DNA of 64,000 nucleotides from Octopus vulgaris (lineage: Eukaryota), in contig OX597827.1 of the NCBI GenBank assembly GCA_951406725.2, positions 3,968,001 through 4,032,000 on the forward strand. The letters run 5' to 3'. Within the stretch, counting starts at the first letter, position 1; each line of letters opens with the position of its first letter. Positions 55,931-64,000 of this stretch are shown here, piece by piece. The notes beneath the pieces are model-generated. The model was not told where the DNA came from, ran no database searches, and worked only from the letters and a program-made list of their open reading frames with translations. The position numbers and the translations under genes are program-made.

Positions 55931-57179
55931 CACACATGACAGAAGTAAATAGATGCTCTTATAATCATTAAAATTTATTTAAATCTGAAATTATGGATTC
56001 AAATTATTTATTAATTGTTATAATGTGAATATTTAATATTTAGTAGACATGCCCTTTGCATTTTTCAATGCAAGGACCCTATTAGTCATGTTACCAATCA
56101 GATGATGAATATTCTCTTGCAGAATTTCTTGCCAAGTTTCATGCAGCAATCTCAAAAGATCTGGCTTTGAAGATGCTTTCTTGTTCTTTTTATGAAGTGT
56201 CCTGTCCATTATGTCCCAGAGGTGCTCAATAAGGTTCATATCTGGTGACTGGCTTAGCCATGGAAGCGTTTTAATGCCATTTTCATCCAGTAAATCTCGG
56301 ATCATTTTAGCTGTGTAACAAGGAGCCCCATCTTCCATAAATAAAGAGTCTGCTTTAATCATTTCACTACTGGAGAAGTTTGGAAGGAGTACTTTCTGTA
56401 ATATGGATACATAATCATCTGAGTTTATGTTTCCCTCACACTCCACCAGCTCTGATCAACCATTGCTCCAAACTGCTCCCCAGACCATCACAGAATAGTT
56501 GCCATGTTTCATTGTTGGCTGCAATCTTTTCACATCAAATTCTTAATCACAGTGTCTTCAGACCCACACTCGACCACTGTCAGGAAATACAGCAAATCTG
56601 GACTTATCAGCGAATATGACAGTGTCCCAAAATGCTAGTGGCCTCTCCACCATCCCACTGGTCCAATCTTTTCTCTGCTTGATGTTGGCCGGTCAAAGAA
56701 GTGGCTTCCTTCTTACTGCTCTGGCATAGTAATCAAGTTTGTGGAGATACCTGACAACTGTTCTCTGACTGACATCAACGTGTTCTGCTATGTCAGAGAC
56801 CTTGCAATGAGGATCATCCTCTACACTTCTCTTAACAAAAAAAAAGGGCCCTGACAGAGGGTCCCGGTTGATCTGGGTGAGGTAATGTGAACTCCTTCCC
56901 CTCTCTGGTGAACTGCATAATCACTCTATTAACTGTAGAAAGCAGGATCCCAAGGTTTTCTGCAATTTAACACTGGCTATGTCCACCTTCAGAATGACCC
57001 ACAATACAGCCTCTTTGAAATATAGGCAGTTCCAAGGCTCCTTTTGTACATGGCATGATTAAACAGTCACATATAGAACCCGAAACATAAAAATGTCTAT
57101 TAATAAAAAACATAAACCTTTACAACTTAGAATAAACATAAAATAATGTTTTATGTGGTGTCTATTTACTTCTGTCATG

Positions 57180-57183
<4 letters not shown>
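55931..57183 (-). mobile_element. Full-length Tc1 DNA transposon, decayed
   Basis: TIRs CACACATGACAGAAGTAAATAGA and TCTATTTACTTCTGTCATGTCTG, with TA on the right. Confidence 0.93.
56033..57056 (-). pseudogene. Tc1 DD34E transposase with stops and frameshifts
   Basis: N-terminal HTH (MPCTKG..QRGCIVG..*IAENLGI..STVNRVI). FMEDGAPCY...SPDMNLIEHLW has 34 residues between D and E. Confidence 0.92.
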
Positions 57184-57240
<57 letters not shown>

Positions 57241-57267
57241 ATGTACGTACACACACACACACATATA

Positions 57268-58078
57268 TGGTAAATGAAAGACAGAAGATGGAATATACGA
57301 GAATTTTTATTAATCATGACAATTATTTCAACACATGTAGCATCGATCCCTCATGGATGGGACACCTAAAATTGGTTCAGGAGCATCTGGCGGTGCAGAT
57401 GTGTCACATTGGGTGATAAATATATACAATTCATTAAAATATCAGTTCCACAATGTATTTTCTCCTGTCATAGAAAGAAAAACAACAAAATGAAGGAAAT
57501 ATCTTCATTTATACAGAAGATCCAAAATAAAATCACAGATGCGGAAAAAGAAATGAACACATAATACAGCGAGAAAAGTATTTAAAAATAACTGTTAACA
57601 GATATGGATGTGTAAACGCCCTTGCACAAGCTGCATGGTGTATGTACACTCGCTCATACCAGCATCCCCCAAAAATATAAACATTTTTCACATGTGTAGT
57701 TTGTTGCACACAGAATCACAAAGCAAGTTAAATAGCTGATTGGTGTTTATAAGAATGGTGAGGTTAAAGCTAAATTTAATTCATCCATACCTTAAAATAA
57801 ATTATGTTAACAGTTACCCCAATTCATTCCCACTGCATTGTACAAAAGTACATTTATATGCATGTAGGCATCTTGAGAATCTTTCAGAAATTCTATTAAT
57901 GATCTCTTCATTGGTCCACAGAAGAGACAGGGATTCCTTGGAGCAGAATCAGCATTTCCTAGAAATGATACTACCTTACTATGGACCAAGTTATATTATT
58001 CTTAATTTTATCTTCCTTCAGTTGCGACACAAAATCAACCAAAGATGTCAAAAGATGTTGAATATCTTTTATTGATTC
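57268..58078 (-). mobile_element. 3' end of a Penelope-like element: GIY-YIG C-terminal remnant, 3'UTR, decayed hammerhead and AATAAA
   Basis: TSLVDFVSQLKEDKIKNNITWSIV / RKC*FCSKE...IINRISERFSRCLHAYK resembles the PLE endonuclease tail T.LS.YIW.LK....I.W.I..C.LC..EK..LN.R.E....CRH..K. HHR-like motif at 57313-57417. Confidence 0.7.
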
Positions 58079-58124
58079 TCTTGTGTGTATGTGTATACAT
58101 ATACATAAACATACACAGACACAG

Positions 58125-58156
<32 letters not shown>

Positions 58157-58214
58157 ACACACACACATACACACACACAAACACAACCACACACACACAC
58201 ATACACACATATAT

Positions 58215-58490
58215 ATTCAGTTTCCTGATACCAAATCCATTCACAAGGCTTTGGTTGACCTGGGATTATAGTAGATGACAGATGTCAAAGATGCCATGCA
58301 GTAGGATCGAACTTATGACCACATGGTTTGGAAGCAAGCTTCTCAACAACACAACTGACGCAAGGCTTCAGAGTTTTAGGAGACGGAATAATGTATTATA
58401 TTGACCTCAGTACTTGACTGGTACTTTATTCTTTCAACCCCAGAAGGTAAAGCTGACACTGATGGGATCTGAACTCAGAATATAACACAT
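58215..58490 (-). mobile_element. Two adjacent old SINE fragments (CORE-type head; 43553-family body)
   Basis: Diverged matches to younger copies in this window. Confidence 0.7.
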
Positions 58491-58727
58491 GTTAATAAAT
58501 ACCAGAAAATGCCCAACACTGATCTCTAAATAAAATGAAGTTAATAATCTGAACATTTATCATCTAATTCCTTTTATTGTTCTGAGAAATGCTTATTATT
58601 AAAAAAATATTCCACAATTTGAATAGAAACGAAATTGTAGCTTCTGTCTTTTATGGTGCTTCTCTGATCCTTATACAGGAACTAGTACCATGTGATCTCT
58701 TTATTCTCTGTGAATCTTAAATCACGC

Positions 58728-58995
58728 ACCTAGTTATGGTAAAAAATATATATCAATATTTCCCTGTTCAAAGAAATATAAATACAACCAGGAATAAAGA
58801 GATAAAATCTTGTAAAAGTTTTGCTTCAGTGTGAGAGACAATAAATCTGAGTTCTTGTACCTAGTCATAGAAAAAAATAAAAAGATGTATATATATCAAT
58901 ATTTTTAATTGTTTTTGGAAGTCTGAATACAACCAGGAATAGAGAGATAATATCTTACTATCTTGCTATAAAAGTGTTGCTTCAATGCGAGAGAA
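58728..58995. repeat. Diverged tandem duplication (~130-bp unit x2)
   Basis: ACCTAGT..ATATATCAATATTT..AATACAACCAGGAATA.AGAGATAA..AAAAGT.TTGCTTCA.TG.GAGAGA occurs twice. Confidence 0.75.
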
Positions 58996-60293
58996 TTCCG
59001 AATGGTTTGGATAGAAAGACTGAAGAGCTTCAGTCAGCTGACGTTATTGGATTCCAGAGTAAGCTGTCAATTCTCTGTTCACATGTAAATGTTTCTAATA
59101 TATTTCCTTATATCAATATCAGATAAGGAATTAGATGGCTTTCATAAATGAGGTCTAAGCCTGTTTGTGTTGGTTAGTTAGTTCGAAGGAAAGTAAATGT
59201 CCTGATTTTAGAGCTCATTTGAGAAAACAAGAAGTAGATAACATAATAAGAACATAATAAGGTATATTAATCTGGGAAATTTTAGACATTACACTGGCTT
59301 TAGAATTTACAGTTTGGAAACAGCAAGAAGATTCTAACAATGCAATGAGATATTGTTACTTCCAGACAGAAAATAGATAAATAAACAAATGAATAAATAA
59401 ATAAATGAATAAATATATAGATAAATAAATAAACCAAGAAAAAGAAAAAAAGATAACAAAAAAAAAGAAAGAAAAAGAAAGGAAAGATATCTCCAATAAT
59501 ATTTCTGTGATATACATTGAAGTTTTTCAGAACTCTGATATCAACTAATTTGGGATAATGCCAAAGAAAAATAACACAAAGGAATGCAAACAACATTGGA
59601 ACAAAAAAGAAAGAAAGAAAGAAGATTAACAAACAACAAAATATTGATACTTACTTGGATCTGAGGAATCCTTGGCACATAGTGTACAATTGATTTATTT
59701 TTTTTATGATTATTTGCGACATCACTGATGGAGGTTGTGGGAGATGAAGGAGAGAAAACTATTTGTTATATACAACCAATAGAATACAGCTTTCCTCCTC
59801 TCAAATGTTTGAATAAGATTTGTAACCAGGAAAATTTTCTGACCTTTGGGTAAAATCTATACAAATTTGCTTTGTAACCGAATCAATACTATCTGAACCG
59901 TATGTATTAACATACAAGAGTGTATGTTTGATATTACCATTTACAAAATCTACCTACAACTGATATATATATATATATATATATTTCTACAATATCCTCT
60001 CAAATACAGATATGCATTTCCAACAGTTGTATGGCTATGTAGTTGATTGGTCTTCAATAAACATTGTCTCTTACTACTGGGCGAGAATTGATGCTTACAT
60101 GTCTGTTTTAATCTAATGTTTGGTTTTGTGAGAACTGGCGACGTTATATCCCACAGATAAGTTTACATTTGTACAGAAAATTCTTGTGTGCATTTCTGTA
60201 AGTTAGTTGGGTGTGTATGCGCGTGTGTGTGTGCCTGCGTGCATGTATGTGTGTATGTATAATATATATATACATACATATATATATATATAT

Positions 60294-60332
<39 letters not shown>

Positions 60333-60344
60333 TACATACATATA

Positions 60345-60376
<32 letters not shown>

Positions 60377-60723
60377 CAGGGTTAGGTATGTATATATTAA
60401 TATATATATACACACATACACATACCTATATATGTGTTCGTGTATATCTGTGTATGCACATATAGTTTTCTTTTTGTTTCCCCAAATTACATTATGTATC
60501 CTTTTTTCTTTTCTTTTCTGGTCATTCCAAACAACTAGCTTATGTTAAAGGACAATTTATTGAAGAAAAAAAAATAAATAAAACACAAAAGTCAAAAAAC
60601 AAAGAACACAAAATTTCCATTATCACTGAAAATATATTTACTATGTATTGGAAACGATTTCGTGAAGATACTTTTGGCATGGAATAATGTTTGAATAACA
60701 AAATAAAACTTTTGATTAGACTT

Positions 60724-60998
60724 CTATGAGAAAACTCCCTTTGGTACTTTTGATAGTGGCTTGCTGTAGGAAGTAAAGCTATTCCTCATTGGCAAATTCC
60801 AAGCTTGCGATTGTGGTAAGGTGAGATTGCCACTGTCCGCTTGTGTTGACTTTAAGTTAATGACATTATTGCTTTGAGAAACCTGACCACTGGTATTAGA
60901 TCCTGTACTAGGGTCGATGTCCTTAGATCTGGAGATGGTTTGAGCTAAAGACTGTCGATCAGGATTATGTGACTGCTCTTGATGGCAAAATTTAAAAC
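60724..60998 (-). CDS. Candidate coding exon ending in a stop (S/Q/N-rich, unknown product)
   Basis: Polypyrimidine tract plus CAG acceptor at 60999-61001, then 90 non-repetitive open codons with higher GC than the flanks. Confidence 0.4.
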
Positions 60999-61960
60999 CT
61001 GAACGAAATGGAGAAGAAAAAAAAATAAAGATAAATGAATAAATAAATAAATGTAAAGAACTGGAAACAAAATAAAATTTTTTTAAAAATTTATAAAAAC
61101 AAGATAATGAGAGGTTGATTGCTAGAACGTAAAAGAATGCAGGTAAAGCAAGTTCACAAATATAGGTTGGAGGAGTGGAACTGAAGTCATTGATTTTCAT
61201 GTTGTTATTGTTGTTTGTTTTATTTTATTTCATTTTTATTTATTTATTTATTCTCTTTTTTTTTTTTTTAATCAGTAACAAGAAAGATACGAAGCACTGA
61301 TTACAAGATAACGACGGAGAGTAAAGTAGAGGAGAATGATATTGCGTTGCTAAAAGTCTAATCAAAGCTAGGAGTTAGGAATTTTCTAAAAGAGACCAGA
61401 ATTGCAAATGAGAATTGTAATGGAGACCACGAAACTAATTTGATTTCCCAATCAAGAGCGAGATGACAATAGAAGCAGGAACAAATCAAATTAGAAGAAT
61501 CTTACTGGGAATGGGTGAGAGATGGTGAGAAAGCTGATGGCAGAGTGAGGTGGTGGTGGTGGTGGTGGTGGCGGTGGGGGATAAGTAACACGTGAAGCAC
61601 AAGCAAGACTTCAGTCTGTAAATATAAACTGCAAACAGAATTTTAAGCCAAGTAAAAGATTAATGCTATTGTATATTAGGGTGTGCAATTAAGGGTACAT
61701 TTAAGAGAATGTCTGCTGCTTTGGAAGAAAATGGCTTTCTTTTCAATGTTTGTTGTTGTTTTGCTTTTTGTTTCCTTTGTTTCTCTTTCCTTCTCTTCTT
61801 CTTCTTCTTCTTCTTGTCCTCCACCTCCTCTTCCTTCTACATCGTCATCGTCATCATCATCATCATCATCATTCGTCATCACTGTTGTTGTTGTTGTTGT
61901 TGTTGTTGTCAGCATCGTTGTCATAATTGCGATCATCATCATTGTCTACATCAATGTCAA

Positions 61961-61991
<31 letters not shown>

Positions 61992-62922
61992 GTTGTCATC
62001 ATTGTTGTCATAACAACCATCAACACCACTGTCATTGTCCTTATCATTGTCACCACCACCACCACCACCACCACCACCACCACCACCACCACCACCACCA
62101 TCTCCTTCCTTCTCCTTCTCATCCTCCTCTTTCTCTCTCTCTCTTTCTCTTTCTCCTTCTCCTTTCTTTTACTTCTGTTGGTGGATAGCTTATAGATGTT
62201 GCTGCAATACAGTTGTAAATCCGTTGTCATCTATTACTCACATCAAAGCTGTCTTCGGGCTCGATGGCATTACTCTAAGTTGTCCATCATTCATATTTTC
62301 TTCATCTTTAGTACAGTACTGAAGAGCAAAGAGGCTTAATAATACCCTGATGGTAATCAATTTGAAGATATCAATCAATAACTCCCATTATCAATAATGC
62401 TAGAGACATGCTAGACCTCGGCTAAAACTTTCAATTTGATAATTGCACTGGACTGTTTTCTAATTGGATAAGCAACCAGTTAAGTGCTAACCATCCACAC
62501 CGTTACTAACTAGATTGAATATCCAATCTTTATTACACTCTAATGCAAATATATCGTACATGAGTGTACACAGAGGGAGAGAGGGAAATAGCAAAAGAGA
62601 GTGCGTGTGTGTGTGTCTGTCTCTGTTGGAGGAAGAGAGATAGAGAGAGAGAGAGGGGGGAGAGAGGGAGAGAGGGGAGTGAGGGTGTGTGTCTACAGGA
62701 GAGAGAGAATTGAAGAGTGATATAAAACATATGTAGAAGTACATGAAGACATTCACATGAGTGGGATGAACAGAATGACAGCGCATGGACATATGCATAA
62801 ATATGTGTGTGTATGTGTGTGTGTGTGTGTGTTGATATATCTATAGTTATTTATCCATATATAATTTTTAAACATCTATACACATATATATAGACACACA
62901 TCTCTGTGATAATGTGGCTGTA

Positions 62923-62991
<69 letters not shown>

Positions 62992-63223
62992 GTGTATATA
63001 CGGGTGTATATACACAGTCAAAAATTGTGAAGCATGACTGTCACCACTACTACATAAACCTGAAGATTGCAGAATTTAATGCATGAAAGTACTAGTTCAA
63101 TCAGAAGGAACATTTAACATTCTACTATTTTATTTTCTTCTATTATAATATATTATCTTATATTATATCATTATAAGATTGTAAATAAAACATGAAAATC
63201 AGACAAGGTTGGAATTCCTTTTA

Positions 63224-63273
<50 letters not shown>

Positions 63274-63597
63274 CATTTACACATGTAAGTATATGTGTGT
63301 GTGTGTATTTACATATGCACACACATGTGTATGTATTTATATATGCATATTGTTGGATTCCCACATATATATAATATACTAAGATAACCCCCAAATTATC
63401 TACTGAATTAGAAGAGAAAACCTCCCTCTATGTGTTTTAGAATCTAGAAAAACTAACAATAATGCCACCAAGCATAAATTTTTCAAAACTAAAGACTAAA
63501 GTGGATCTTATCTTTAAAACCAATTGTGGAACCAAGGGATGTTATATGGACTCATCTAACCTTTTCAATGAAGCAGGTTCTAATCAACCAGCAAAAC

Positions 63598-64000
63598 TGG
63601 GAGTGGCTATGTGGTGAGAAACTTGCTCCCCAACCACATGGTTCTGGTTTCAGTCCCACTGCATGACACTTCGGCCAAGTGTCTTCTTCGATAGCCTCAA
63701 GCTAAACAAGGCCCTTTGAGTGGATTTGGTAGACAGAAACTGAAAGAAGTCCATCATATATATATATATGTGTATATATATATATATTTTTTTTTTTGTG
63801 TGTGTGTGTGTGTGTCTGGGTTTGTTCCCTCATTACCACTTCACAACTGGTGTTGGTGAGTTTACATCTCCATGACTTAGTGGTTTGACCAAAGAGACTG
63901 TTAGAATAAGTACCAGGCTTAAAAACTAAGTACTGATGTTGATTCATTCAACTAAAAATTCAAGGCAGTGTCCCGGCATGGCCGCAGTCTAATGACTGAA
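63598..64000 (+). mobile_element. CORE-type tRNA SINE (runs off window end)
   Basis: GGAGTGGCTATGTGG, GGTTTCAGTCCC, tail GGCATGGCCGCAGTCTAATGACTGAA. Confidence 0.9.

Overview
AT-rich, microsatellite-saturated animal genomic DNA. The SINE families closely resemble those described from Octopus (inference from recalled sequences, not a database search). Almost all ORFs in the supplied track are translations of simple repeats. The real content is: many tRNA-derived SINEs in at least 5 modular families; a decayed full-length Tc1 (DD34E) element; a hAT-like element and several MITEs; and 3' fragments of CR1, R4/Dong, Hero, L1/Tx1-like and Penelope-like (PLE) retrotransposons. A few weak minus-strand exon candidates hint at a host gene with very long introns. 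The most striking signal is about a dozen minimal type-I hammerhead-ribozyme motifs, in inverted PLE-type repeats and in a tRNA-headed SINE. These include recurrent non-canonical cores (a G3:C8 swap and U4C). There is also a TSD-flanked inverted copy of nearby unique sequence.
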